Assembly (NCBI GenBank): GCA_021813025.1
Contig: JAKAME010000001.1
Coordinates: 2,201 to 66,200, forward strand
Source: Candidatus Micrarchaeota archaeon
GTDB lineage: Archaea > Micrarchaeota > Micrarchaeia > Anstonellales > Anstonellaceae
Direction of reading: 5' to 3'
Length of the DNA: 64,000 nt
In this document: one piece after another, positions 28,618 through 38,304 of the stretch
Numbering within the stretch: position 1 is the stretch's first letter
Layout of the letters: every line of letters starts with the position of its first letter
The notes under the pieces: generated by a model
What the model saw: the letters and a program-made list of their open reading frames with translations, nothing else
Told to the model about the DNA's origin: nothing
Database searches by the model: none
Position numbers and translations under genes: made by a program

Positions 28618-29283
28618 ATGGCGGTCTGGAGAGGGCATTATGAAGGCAATCCGTACGTGGGCCTTTATGCCAAAGCCACAGACCGCCTGTGCCTGATTCC
28701 GCGCGGCGCGCCAGAGAAGTTCATGCGCGGCGCGTCCGCGCTGGGCGTGCCCCTCATCCAGGCGTCGGTGGACGGCTCGCCATACGTCGGCCTCTATTTT
28801 GCCATGAATTCGAACGGCATACTTGCCCCTCCGTTTTTGAGCAAAGAGGAGCGTGGAGTGCTTGAAGAGGCAGGCTTGAACGTGGCGGTGATGCGCGACA
28901 GCCGCTTCTCCGCCCTTGGAAACAACATTGCATGCAATGACCATGGCGCGCTGGTGAATCCCGACATACACCATGAGGATGCTCGCCTGATTGAGAAAAC
29001 GCTTGGCGTGCCGGTGCGCTATGGAGCAGTTGCCGGCTACCACACGCCGGGCAGCTGCCTTGTTGTGAGCAACAAGGGCTGGCTGGCCCACAACCGCATC
29101 TCTGAGCTTGAAGCCGGCATGCTCAAGGAGCTGTTCGGATGCGACGGCCTGAACGGCACCACCAACATGGGCAGCGCGTTTGTCGGAATCGGGGCGGTGG
29201 CCAATTCGAAGGGAGTCATTGTGGGCGAGAGCTCGTCGGGATTCGAGGAATCGAGGATTACGCAGGCGCTGGATTTGGTGTGA
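28618..29283 (+). CDS. eif6: translation initiation factor aIF6
   Basis: GNPYVGLY, ALGNNIACND and GTTNMGSAFVG..ANSKG motifs. Confidence 0.93.
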   Translation: MAVWRGHYEGNPYVGLYAKATDRLCLIPRGAPEKFMRGASALGVPLIQASVDGSPYVGLYFAMNSNGILAPPFLSKEERGVLEEAGLNVAVMRDSRFSALGNNIACNDHGALVNPDIHHEDARLIEKTLGVPVRYGAVAGYHTPGSCLVVSNKGWLAHNRISELEAGMLKELFGCDGLNGTTNMGSAFVGIGAVANSKGVIVGESSSGFEESRITQALDLV

Positions 29284-29285
29284 AC

Positions 29286-29696
29286 ATGGAATTCGTCGAC
29301 AAATACCTCATGCCCCATAAAAGAGCGCTCATGCTGCTATTGGCCATCACGTTCATACCTCTGGGAGGTATCGTTGGGTATTTGGCCGTGCTTGTCAATT
29401 TTGGCACGTTTATCTGGATAGGTTTTGACGGCCAGCGACGGCTTGGGTATGATTTTAGGGAAAGCGTCAAAACGGCCTTTGTCATCGGTGCGTTGTTTGC
29501 GGTATTAATGATCGTTTTTAGGATTGTGACATTAAGCCCAAAACCATTGGATGACACCATACGACTCGACATATTCAGTGGAATTGGCGATGGCATACTC
29601 GTTCTAATCGGATATGTCATCGCCCGGTATCTGGCCCCAAAACAGCCAGTTGCCAGCAAAACCAAACACAAACCAGTTTCAAAAAGAAAGGATTAA
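29286..29696 (+). CDS. hypothetical membrane protein (lower GC)
   Basis: About 4 TM segments; AT-richer than neighbours. Confidence 0.6.
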   Translation: MEFVDKYLMPHKRALMLLLAITFIPLGGIVGYLAVLVNFGTFIWIGFDGQRRLGYDFRESVKTAFVIGALFAVLMIVFRIVTLSPKPLDDTIRLDIFSGIGDGILVLIGYVIARYLAPKQPVASKTKHKPVSKRKD

Positions 29697-29721
29697 AGCA
29701 TGCTAATACTAAGGTGATGTC

Positions 29722-29898
29722 ATGAAATACACTGTCTATGGCTCGATGAAAATCAAGCGCGCGTGGAAGCCATTCGTCAAGGAGATGGAGGCCGCCAGCG
29801 AGTCCCGCTGCCGCGAGACGGCGCTTGCCACCATCGGCTCGGACCACCGGCTGCCCCGCACGCAAATCAGGATTGACAAGATGGAGGCGGTGAAGTGA
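29722..29898 (+). CDS. rpl18a: 50S ribosomal protein L18a/LX (58 aa, not in ORF track)
   Basis: MKYTVYGSMKIKRAWKPFVKEMEAASESRCRETALATIGSDHRLPRTQIRIDKMEAVK; GGTGA RBS; syntenic before pfdA. Confidence 0.9.
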   Translation: MKYTVYGSMKIKRAWKPFVKEMEAASESRCRETALATIGSDHRLPRTQIRIDKMEAVK

Positions 29899-30335
29899 GC
29901 GTGCAAGACGACGAGAAGGACCTCAACCAGATCGCCATCCAGGCGCAGCTTCTCCAGCGCCAGGGCGGCACCCTGCAGAACCAGATTGAGGTGATGCAGA
30001 CCACCCTCAACGACTTGCAGGCCACAATCGAGACCTTGGAGAACCTGTCCAAGGCAAAGGAGCTGGGCCTGCTGCCCGTGGGCTCGGGCGCATACATCAC
30101 CTGCAAGCAGGTGGACACCGATTCTGTGCTGCTCTCGGTCGGCTCAGGCCTCATAGTAACCAAGAAGGCGGCTGACGCGGCTGAAGTCCTGCGCAAGCGC
30201 TCCAAGTCCCTGCTTGAGGCGCTGGACAAGGCGAACACGAGCATGGCCAGCATCAACCAGCAGATGCAGGACCTCAACGCCAAGGCCTCGGTGCTGGCGG
30301 CGAGGATTGAGGATGTTCGGCCTTCTCAAGGATAA
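29895..30335 (+). CDS. pfdA: prefoldin subunit alpha
   Basis: Coiled coils flanking LLPVGSGAY..VLLSVGSG beta-hairpins. Confidence 0.9.
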   Translation: MSVQDDEKDLNQIAIQAQLLQRQGGTLQNQIEVMQTTLNDLQATIETLENLSKAKELGLLPVGSGAYITCKQVDTDSVLLSVGSGLIVTKKAADAAEVLRKRSKSLLEALDKANTSMASINQQMQDLNAKASVLAARIEDVRPSQG

Positions 30336-31884
30336 ACTCGCCGGCTTTGTCAACAAGCTGATAAGGCGGGAGGAGGACAAGGCGCCAGTGCAGGCGCCAG
30401 TCGTTCCCTCGGAACCTGTTTCTTCTCCTCCGAAAAAGGAGGAACCTGCGCCAATCGTAAAAGTGGAGCCAAAAAAAATAGAAACTCCAAAGCCGGCTCA
30501 GAAAGTTGCGCCAATTATTTCCGCGCCAAAACCTGTTGAGAAGCCCGCGCCGGTTATTTCCATTCCCCAACCGAAGCCGGCCGAGAAAGCAGCGCCTCCT
30601 GTCTTTGTTCCAGAGCCGAAGCCCGCTCCAAAAATTGAGCCCGTTGTTTCCATGCCGGCTCAGAAGCCTGTTGAGAAACCAGCGCCTCCAACCCCTGTTT
30701 CGGAACCCAAGAAAAACATCCTTTCATCAATCTGGCCGTTTGGCGGAAAAAAGGAGGAAAAGAAAGTTCCTGCGCCGCAGCCGGCGCCTAAACCTATTCA
30801 AACAAGCTCGCCGGCTGTGATGCCTGAGCCAAAGAAAGAAGGGCCTGCCCCGGCAATGAAGACTGCCCAGACCATAGCCGCTTCCCCTGCCATCACAACT
30901 GCCGCAAAACCAATCGAAACCGCCCCTGAAATCGATGACGCAGGCTTGGCGCGCTTGGAGAAAAAATCAATGTCTGATGCCGAGCGCGAGATGAAGGTGA
31001 GGATGGGGCTTGGAAAATCCATGCTTGGCTTCATCGCGCCAACAGTAACTATAGAGGAAAACGACGTGCGCGACTTGCTTGACGAGCTTGAGCTGTCGCT
31101 GCTTGAATCAGACGTGGCTGTTGAGGTTTCAACTGAGGTGACCAAGCGCCTGCGCTCCACTCTTGTTGGCATGAAAGTAGGCAAGAATGAGATGCAGGAG
31201 GAAGTGCAGAGGCAGCTGCGGATGGTCCTGACAGATGTCATGACTTCGGCCAGCGCCTTCAACTTCCTTGAGAGAGTGCAGCAGAAGCCAAGGCCCGTGA
31301 AAATCCTTTTCGTAGGCCCAAATGGGGCTGGCAAGACCACCACAATGGCCAAAATAGCCCATCTGCTGATGGAGGCAAGGCTGAGTGTTGTATTTGCGGC
31401 AGGAGACACATTCCGTGCGGCAGCAATTGAGCAGACCGAAGTGCATGCCAAGCGCTTGGGCATACCAGTGGTCAAGTCAAAATACGGCGCAGACCCCGCC
31501 TCGGTGGCTTGGGATGCGGTGAATTACGCGAAAGCGCACCAGACAGACGTCGTGCTGATTGATTCGGCAGGCAGGCAGGACACCAACGCCAACCTGCTGG
31601 ACGAGCTGAAGAAGATAAACAGGGTAATTTCGCCTGACTTGAAAATCTACATAGGCGAGAGCATAGGAGGCCATGCTCTGATGGAGCAGGTGCGCGCATT
31701 CCATGAGGCCATTGGAATAGATGGCGCAATTCTCACCAAGCTTGACTGCGACGCAAAAGGCGGCACGGCTCTTTCACTTACGCATGCCACCGGAGTGCCC
31801 ATCCTCTACTTGGGCACGGGGCAGGGCTATGAGGATTTGGAAAAGTTCGATGCAGACAAGGTGGCTGGGCAGATACTGACGTGA
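30313..31884 (+). CDS. ftsY: SRP receptor FtsY with long Pro/Lys-rich N-terminal region
   Basis: MFGLLKDKL, GPNGAGKTTT, DTFRAAA, DSAGR and TKLDCDAKGG motifs. Confidence 0.96.
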   Translation: MFGLLKDKLAGFVNKLIRREEDKAPVQAPVVPSEPVSSPPKKEEPAPIVKVEPKKIETPKPAQKVAPIISAPKPVEKPAPVISIPQPKPAEKAAPPVFVPEPKPAPKIEPVVSMPAQKPVEKPAPPTPVSEPKKNILSSIWPFGGKKEEKKVPAPQPAPKPIQTSSPAVMPEPKKEGPAPAMKTAQTIAASPAITTAAKPIETAPEIDDAGLARLEKKSMSDAEREMKVRMGLGKSMLGFIAPTVTIEENDVRDLLDELELSLLESDVAVEVSTEVTKRLRSTLVGMKVGKNEMQEEVQRQLRMVLTDVMTSASAFNFLERVQQKPRPVKILFVGPNGAGKTTTMAKIAHLLMEARLSVVFAAGDTFRAAAIEQTEVHAKRLGIPVVKSKYGADPASVAWDAVNYAKAHQTDVVLIDSAGRQDTNANLLDELKKINRVISPDLKIYIGESIGGHALMEQVRAFHEAIGIDGAILTKLDCDAKGGTALSLTHATGVPILYLGTGQGYEDLEKFDADKVAGQILT

Positions 31885-31964
31885 AAAGGGGCTATGGCGC
31901 TGCCAAAGGCGCCTTCCGCGGGGCCGCCGCCACTTTAATTAACCTCCTCCTCCAACCCACCATC

Positions 31965-33137
31965 ATGACGGTCCGCCTCGAGCAGATTGTCCCCCGCGCG
32001 GTGCTTGAGCAGGTGCACCGGATAAACGAGCAGCCGGGGGAAGGCTACTTTTCCTCCGGCGCGCCAGTGCGCAGAAACGCAGGCTTTGGCGGCGAAACTT
32101 CCCGCTTCACTGAGCTGGAAAACGGCCAACTGGCCGGCGCGCCCGCCGAGGACGGCATGCCTCCGCTGCCAAGCCTTGACTTCATAGCCCCGCCGCCCAT
32201 GCCAAACCCGCTGGCGCAGCAGGGGCTGGCCGAGGTGGGAATTGCCCGCAGCTTCATGGAACAGGTGGAGCGCCGCCTGATTGAGAAAAGCAGGCACGGG
32301 GCGCCCAAACCTTGGCTTACGCCCACCCGCACGCCTGACGAGGAAATAGCCGAGCGCCTGGCGCCATCCATCAGCCAGGCGGCAGGGGCGGTGGCGCAAT
32401 GGCTTAATCAGGACTGCAACGGCAACATGGCATTGATGCAGAGGGTGCTGGACCGCTTCTGGGCCAAATGGGCCGTGGAGCGCTTCGCCAGCCCGGATTT
32501 GAGCAGCTTGCTTATGATGGCGTATGAAGAGGTGCTGTCTGAAGAGGGAGGCAAGCCTGTGCAGGGCTTGGAGAGCTGGCCTGCTTTGCGCATAGAGCCT
32601 GCGGTGCTGAGGCCCCTGAGCGAGCCCATGGCTGTGAGCGTGCAGACCCAGCAGATACTTCTTGCCACCCGCCACGGGCCGGAGAGGCCTGATGAGGGGG
32701 GCGGGCAGGAGCCTGCCTCAATTGCGGGAGTGCAGCCGGCCATAGGCCCAAGGCGGGAGGATGAAGTGGAAGTGCGCCTTGTTTCTGTGCGCGAGATGCT
32801 GCGCAGATATTTCCAAGGCAGGCCTGCCGAATACGCGGCCGCTCTGGCTGGCGCGCTTGATTTGGAGAGGGGCAACTGGAACGCCTCGCTGATTGGCGCG
32901 CGCCTGAGCAGCGAGCGCTCGCGTGTTGGCGCTGCGGGCGTGTGCATAAAGCTTTGGCAGGTGGTGCGCGGCAGGCACAGCACGCCTCCGCGCAAGCCTC
33001 AGGAGGTGGCCGCATGGGGGGCGGCTCCATTGGAGGAGCCGATGGTGTGGGAGCTTGCGCCGCGCTGGCTGCCCCTTGACTTGGGGCAGAAGCTGCGCCT
33101 GCTCATGGGCTGGATTGAGCAGAGCGAGGCAGGATAA
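31965..33137 (+). CDS. hypothetical protein
   Basis: Long ORF with TTTAATTAA box upstream; no motif recognised. Confidence 0.5.
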   Translation: MTVRLEQIVPRAVLEQVHRINEQPGEGYFSSGAPVRRNAGFGGETSRFTELENGQLAGAPAEDGMPPLPSLDFIAPPPMPNPLAQQGLAEVGIARSFMEQVERRLIEKSRHGAPKPWLTPTRTPDEEIAERLAPSISQAAGAVAQWLNQDCNGNMALMQRVLDRFWAKWAVERFASPDLSSLLMMAYEEVLSEEGGKPVQGLESWPALRIEPAVLRPLSEPMAVSVQTQQILLATRHGPERPDEGGGQEPASIAGVQPAIGPRREDEVEVRLVSVREMLRRYFQGRPAEYAAALAGALDLERGNWNASLIGARLSSERSRVGAAGVCIKLWQVVRGRHSTPPRKPQEVAAWGAAPLEEPMVWELAPRWLPLDLGQKLRLLMGWIEQSEAG

Positions 33138-33142
33138 GAAAC

Positions 33143-34828
33143 TCATTCTGTGACAACAACCCCGCGCCCCATCAGCGCAGAGGCCTGCAGTTCGAATAGC
33201 GCGGCTGGCTGCTCAAGGCCGAATGACTCCAAAACTGCAGGGTGCACTTCGCCAATCAAGCCGATTGGGGAGGAGAGCACAGAGGCCGACTGACTGCCCG
33301 CCGGTTCGGCCGGGCCTTCGCCGCCCCCGATTCGCAAACACACCCGCGCCGAGCGGCCCGGAATGAAGCCTTCCATGTCGGTTTCCTCCAGCGCCAGCGC
33401 GATGCCCAGAGCCGAGCCAACGCCCTGCAGGTGCGCCCAGCTTTCCGAAAAGCAGGATTTCGGATGCATTGCAATTGCGGCGAAATGCTCGGACTGGACA
33501 AAGTCGGCCGCCTTTGACGCGCCCGGCCCGCCTTCCGGCTCCTCCACAGGCCCCACCTCGTAGAGATAGATTGGCAGGGGCTGGGATTTGGAATGTGAGA
33601 GGATGCCGAGCAGGTTTGGATAAAGCCACGGGCGCAGGGTGGTGAATTCTTCAGTGAGAGGATTGCTCACTTTGAGCGCAGGCCCTTCTGCGCGCGAGTT
33701 GGCAATGACTTGCTGGTTGGTGAGAATCCAGCTCATGGCCTCGAAATAGCCCAAGCCGAGCGCAGCCTCGTGCAGCGGGCCTGAGGAGTCCTGCCGCGCG
33801 CCCGTTGCGCCGAATGACGGCAGGTGCATGGGCAGCTCGTTGTAGCCAATCGAGATGGCGATGTCTTCTATCAGGTCGGCTTCCCCAAGCAAATCCGCGC
33901 GGAAAGCCGGCGAATGCACGCTGCGCCCGCTGACTGCGTGCCCCATGCGCGAGAGATGGCGGGCAATGGCGGGCGCGTCCAAATCAACGCCAAGCAGCTT
34001 TTTGGCAGAAGCGATTGGCAGGGGCGTCACCTGCGGCTCGAAGACGCGGCAGGGCTTGGAATTGATTTTCACTTCCTCCACCTGCCCGCCCCGGTCGGCC
34101 AGTGCGGCGCAGAGGATGCTGACAGTCACTCGCACCGCCTGCTCGCTGGTGCCTGTGCAGTCTATGAGCAGGTCATGGCTTGAGAGGGTGACGCGCGTGC
34201 GCTCGCCGTTGATTATGGGCGGGAATGAGAGCACGTCTCCGTCCGCATCCACAATCAGCGGGCATCGCTCGCCGACCAGGTGCGCATAGGCGCGCCCCTT
34301 CTCATGCTCGACAAGTATCTGGCCCGGAGTCATGGGCGCGCTCTTGCCCAGCGGGACGAAGCGCGCCTCGCTCCGGCCAACCGCCTTGTATGTGAAAGGC
34401 GGGCGTATTGCCATCATGTCATGCAGGCCTATGGCCATCTTGCGCCTGCCCCTGCCCAGAGTGTCGTGCAGCTTTTCCTGCAGCTGGATGAGCGACTGGA
34501 GGGACTCCTCGTCGAGAACCACGTTTCGCACAAGCGCGCTGCCCAAGACAGGACGCACGTTGCGCACAGACTCGTCAAGCGCAAAATGCACTTTGGCTGG
34601 ACCGGCTTTGTAGATTTTTGGCTTGGCGGTGCGCCAGCTAAAGCAGGAGCGCGCGATGCCCTCAACAGAGAGCCAGTCGGGCCTGTTGGGGGTGATTTCA
34701 AGCGCCAAGTCGTCGCCCTCCTGCCCCTCCAGCGGGATTCCCAATGACGTGAGCGTGGGCTCTATCTGTTGGGGTTTGAGGCCTGAAAGCTTGCACAGGC
34801 TGCTGGCGGAGACGTGGATGAGGGCCAT
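33143..34828 (-). CDS. pheT: phenylalanine--tRNA ligase beta subunit (archaeal type)
   Basis: EITPNRPDWLSVEG, QEKLHDTLGRGRRKMAIGLHD, SFPPIIN, DLIEDIAI and GEVHP motifs. Confidence 0.95.
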   Translation of the reverse strand: MALIHVSASSLCKLSGLKPQQIEPTLTSLGIPLEGQEGDDLALEITPNRPDWLSVEGIARSCFSWRTAKPKIYKAGPAKVHFALDESVRNVRPVLGSALVRNVVLDEESLQSLIQLQEKLHDTLGRGRRKMAIGLHDMMAIRPPFTYKAVGRSEARFVPLGKSAPMTPGQILVEHEKGRAYAHLVGERCPLIVDADGDVLSFPPIINGERTRVTLSSHDLLIDCTGTSEQAVRVTVSILCAALADRGGQVEEVKINSKPCRVFEPQVTPLPIASAKKLLGVDLDAPAIARHLSRMGHAVSGRSVHSPAFRADLLGEADLIEDIAISIGYNELPMHLPSFGATGARQDSSGPLHEAALGLGYFEAMSWILTNQQVIANSRAEGPALKVSNPLTEEFTTLRPWLYPNLLGILSHSKSQPLPIYLYEVGPVEEPEGGPGASKAADFVQSEHFAAIAMHPKSCFSESWAHLQGVGSALGIALALEETDMEGFIPGRSARVCLRIGGGEGPAEPAGSQSASVLSSPIGLIGEVHPAVLESFGLEQPAALFELQASALMGRGVVVTE

Positions 34829-34837
34829 GAGGATTAC

Positions 34838-35068
34838 CTAGATTTTTCGCCGAGTGAGCCAGTCGCGCGCGGCAGCCAGCGGGCTTGCCGGGCCTGACAT
34901 CACGCGGTATTGGCGCGTCGGGAGTTGGGCTTGAATGATTTTAAAGCGCATGGACGGCTCGGACGTCGGAAAAGAGCGGGATGGAAAAGATGGAGGGGAG
35001 GCACGGCGAAGGGAAACCTGGCCGGGATGGCCCGCTCTTTTTGCTTTTTTATTTTTTCGCGCAGCCAT
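34838..35068 (-). CDS. small basic hypothetical protein
   Basis: Abuts the upstream stop and pheT on the same strand. Confidence 0.35.
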   Translation of the reverse strand: MAARKNKKAKRAGHPGQVSLRRASPPSFPSRSFPTSEPSMRFKIIQAQLPTRQYRVMSGPASPLAAARDWLTRRKI

Positions 35069-35902
35069 TCATTTCACCCTCTGTATCCTGCCGGCCTTGC
35101 AAAGCTTGTCCAGCGCGTCCTCCACCCGCTGGCCGCCCACGCCAAGCGAGCGGGCCACCTCGCGGATGCTCATCGAGCCGTCATGAGCGCGCAGCCATTC
35201 CATAAGCTCCTCCTCAAGCACCGAATCCGGCAGGTGCTCGAGATGGCGGATGCGGGCCTGCAGGGACTGGATGGCCTGCGCATCAAGCAGGGCGCGCTTG
35301 GCATCAGCCTCGCGCTGCGCTTCCATCGGCCTTATGCGGGCCTGCAGCTCCTTGAGCTGCTTTCCCATGGCCTCGAGCTGGAGATGCATGGCCTGCGAGT
35401 CTTCGGAAACAAGAGCCAGCGCGTCAGAGAGAGCCTGAGAGAGGTGGCGGCTGAATTCGCCGGAGGCAGGCATTGCGCCGGAGGCCGAGAGGGTGAGCAA
35501 GAGCAGATGCCATGCCTGCAGCCGCCGCACGGCAGGATGCTGGTCCGCTCTGCGCGTGTATTCGGCCTCCGCGCCCCTGCGCGAGAGGCGCAGGCGGATG
35601 AACTGGTGAGGCCTGCCCTGCAAATCCAGCGCTTCGGCCAGCTCAAGCAGCAGGCCGTCGCGCGATTGCGAGAGGCTGCTGAAGCCCAAGTCGGCAAGAC
35701 CGGATGCCCACTGCTGCGGGGAGCCCGCCAAATTTAGCGGGACTGAGAAGTGCTCTGCTGAGACATCGGCCGGCGAGCCGGAGGGAAGCAAGCGGCGAAG
35801 CTGGTCTGCAAGAGGCTGGGCTGGGTCCGGGAGGGAAGAAGGAACAGACATTGATTGGATGTCTGCGGGTGCGAGGCCTGGCTTAGTTCTTTTTTGGCTC
35901 AT
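35069..35902 (-). CDS. hypothetical coiled-coil protein with C-terminal winged HTH
   Basis: Heptad region LQLEAMGKQLKELQ..; LMEWLRAHDGSMSIREVARSLGV..VEDALDKLCKAGRI. Confidence 0.65.
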   Translation of the reverse strand: MSQKRTKPGLAPADIQSMSVPSSLPDPAQPLADQLRRLLPSGSPADVSAEHFSVPLNLAGSPQQWASGLADLGFSSLSQSRDGLLLELAEALDLQGRPHQFIRLRLSRRGAEAEYTRRADQHPAVRRLQAWHLLLLTLSASGAMPASGEFSRHLSQALSDALALVSEDSQAMHLQLEAMGKQLKELQARIRPMEAQREADAKRALLDAQAIQSLQARIRHLEHLPDSVLEEELMEWLRAHDGSMSIREVARSLGVGGQRVEDALDKLCKAGRIQRVK

Positions 35903-37490
35903 CAGACACCTCGATTAAGACCAGTTCGTTTGGCGACACGCCAAGCGAGCGAGCGGCAAGGCGCGAGAAGAGGGACACCAGCGGCTCCTCAGGCACGCCA
36001 ATGCCGCGCATGAATGAGAGAATTACCGAGCGGCTCAGGCCCCAGCCAAGCAGCAGGCGGGCCAGCTCGTCGGCAGCCAGCGTGCGGTCGGCACGCTCGA
36101 AAGCATCGCACACCTGGCTGATTTGCGGGTCGGTAAGCCCGAGGCGCCAGAGGCGCTTGCGCAGCACTTCACGCTCCACTTCAATGTCCATGTCACCCAC
36201 CCTCATAATGAACGATCTGGCCGGCTCCTCCCCCTCGATTCGCACAAGGAATGGCGCGGCAGCCTCGTCCGGCCTGTCCCAGCCCAAGCGCAGCAGGGCG
36301 CAGCCCACCGGCAGGCGCTCCAGCTCGTCCGACAGCCCCTGCGGAATCTGCAATGACTGGCGCAAGGATTCGCGATACTCATGCAGACTAAGCCTGAAGG
36401 CAAGAAGGGTGCCCGCGTTTGAGAAAATCGTCTTGGAAAGGTCTGTCGGGTTCTGGCTGGCCACTATGAGGCCGAAGGCGTATTTGCGCCCCTCGCGCAG
36501 GATTGCGACCAAATCCGAGCGCTCGTCCTGCGCGATTTTCCATGCCTCGTCCGCCACAACCAGCAGGCGCAGGGAGCGGCTCGCGCTCCAGCCTGACGAG
36601 CGCATGCGCTCCTTGAGCATTTGCAATATTGTGAGGCCGGCCAATGAGCGGTGGGCTTCGTGCGGCAGGCCGGAGAGGTCGACAGACACCACGCCGCTGC
36701 CTATGAGGTCGTCAAGGCGCAGGCCGCCGGAGCGGGAGAAATAATCCGCGCCTGGCGGGCAGAAGAATTCGAGGGTGGAGATGGCCAGCATCAGCTCCTC
36801 GTCATCCTTGCTCTTTTTGGCCCGCTTTTTGAGCAGGATGAGGGCATCACGCAGGGTGGGCAGGCGCGATGAGGATAGCGAAGCCTTGAGAGGCTTGTCC
36901 GGCGCGAGTCTGCGGCGCTTGAAAGACTCCTGCATCACTTCCTGCAGAATTCTTGCGGCGCGCGGATGGCCGTCAAGCCCGCCGAGGATTTTGAAAGATT
37001 CCACAAGCTGCTCGATGCGGAAGCGGGGGGTGTGGGCAAAGGGTGAGTGGGAATAGGGATGGGCAGGGGCGGTTTCATTTTTTCTTTTTCTCTTCTCTTT
37101 CTTTTCCGGCCTGCAGTCCAGCACGTTGAGGCCCGCGCCGCGCGCAAGCGGCACTACCCTGCCGCCCGCCTGCTCCACCCAGGGAGTGTATTCTCCTGCC
37201 CAGTCAAGAATTAGCGAGGGAGTTGCCCACTGATGCCACGCCCGGGTGATGAATGCCTTGATGAAATAGGATTTGCCGCTGCCTGTCATGCCTACCACTG
37301 CCAGGTGCGGGTTGGCCAGAGTGTGGAAGTCCCAATAGACAGGCACTGCCATCAGGCGGCTGCGGCCCAGATAAAGGCCGGCATCGGAGGAGGCGAGAAG
37401 GAGGTGGGCAGGGGGCTCGGGCGGACGCACCCAGATGCGCCTGCGCGCGAGGTCGCGGCTGTAAAGGGATTGGGGCTGCAAAACGCTCAT
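35883..37490 (-). CDS. VirB4/HerA/CedB-like FtsK-HerA superfamily ATPase
   Basis: NPHLAVVGMTGSGKS (Walker A), VVADEAW (Walker B), REGRKY, ASQNPTD. Confidence 0.88.
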   Translation of the reverse strand: MSVLQPQSLYSRDLARRRIWVRPPEPPAHLLLASSDAGLYLGRSRLMAVPVYWDFHTLANPHLAVVGMTGSGKSYFIKAFITRAWHQWATPSLILDWAGEYTPWVEQAGGRVVPLARGAGLNVLDCRPEKKEKRKRKNETAPAHPYSHSPFAHTPRFRIEQLVESFKILGGLDGHPRAARILQEVMQESFKRRRLAPDKPLKASLSSSRLPTLRDALILLKKRAKKSKDDEELMLAISTLEFFCPPGADYFSRSGGLRLDDLIGSGVVSVDLSGLPHEAHRSLAGLTILQMLKERMRSSGWSASRSLRLLVVADEAWKIAQDERSDLVAILREGRKYAFGLIVASQNPTDLSKTIFSNAGTLLAFRLSLHEYRESLRQSLQIPQGLSDELERLPVGCALLRLGWDRPDEAAAPFLVRIEGEEPARSFIMRVGDMDIEVEREVLRKRLWRLGLTDPQISQVCDAFERADRTLAADELARLLLGWGLSRSVILSFMRGIGVPEEPLVSLFSRLAARSLGVSPNELVLIEVSDEPKKN

Positions 37491-37502
37491 GCGCCATTCC
37501 CC

Positions 37503-38294
37503 CTAGAACGTCTGGTCCTCCAGCTCTTCCTTGCTCATGGGAATCCATTTCTGCCATTCTGCCGCGCGCAAGAATTCTTCGCCTCGCAGGGGTGCTACTG
37601 AGCATGAAAGCGAACCGGACAGCACGGCCGAGGCTTCCTGCGCCTGCGAGCGGGCGCGCTGCAAAGCCTCCTCGCGCGTGAGGCCGGCGGCGGTGGTGAG
37701 AGCCCATGCCGACACCTTCATCGGCCGCTCTCCTCCCGTGAGGCGGCGGATTTGGGCATTGCATGACTCGATGTCGCGCTCCAATTTGGCCGCCTCGTCA
37801 GAATCCTTCTGCCCCCGCAGGCGCGCGCGCCGATGCTCTGCCAGGCTGCGGCGCTCCTCCAGACGCTGGATTTGCTGTGAAGTGTCAAGCGGGCACACCA
37901 GAAGAGTGAGCGAGAGAGGATAGCGCAGGCCTCCAATCGCCTTCTCGAACAGCTCCATCATCAGAGCCTGCTGCCCCTGCGTGGAGAGAGTGGCCGAGTC
38001 GCGAAGCTGCACGCCCAAGCACACGCTGGCCCGCCAGCCACCCGAAGTGCGCTGCAGCATCACATCTTGTGAGGGGGGGAATTCGCAGTCTCCTTCAGAC
38101 ACGCGCAGGCGGGAGGCGGAGGCAAGGGCAGGGCCCAGCATCCAGCCAAGGCGCCACACAAGAAGGGAGAGAAAGAAGAGGAGAGCTGCGGGAAGAAGAG
38201 CCAGAGGCTCGCCCAAAACCCAGGCGGCTGCCATGCAGAGCAGCCCGCCCGCCAATCCGGCGAGGGTGATGGATTTGTTCGATGCCGCATCCAT
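37503..38294 (-). CDS. membrane protein resembling PrgI/VirB3 plus VirB4 N-terminal domain
   Basis: Two N-terminal TM helices, then alpha/beta domain with coiled coil; directly upstream of the ATPase. Confidence 0.55.
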   Translation of the reverse strand: MDAASNKSITLAGLAGGLLCMAAAWVLGEPLALLPAALLFFLSLLVWRLGWMLGPALASASRLRVSEGDCEFPPSQDVMLQRTSGGWRASVCLGVQLRDSATLSTQGQQALMMELFEKAIGGLRYPLSLTLLVCPLDTSQQIQRLEERRSLAEHRRARLRGQKDSDEAAKLERDIESCNAQIRRLTGGERPMKVSAWALTTAAGLTREEALQRARSQAQEASAVLSGSLSCSVAPLRGEEFLRAAEWQKWIPMSKEELEDQTF

Positions 38295-38304
38295 GAATGG
38301 GACC

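Noticed and set aside
30360..30930. Repeats such as PKPVEKPAP in the FtsY N-terminus
   Set aside because: Low-complexity extensions are normal in FtsY; not a DNA repeat array.
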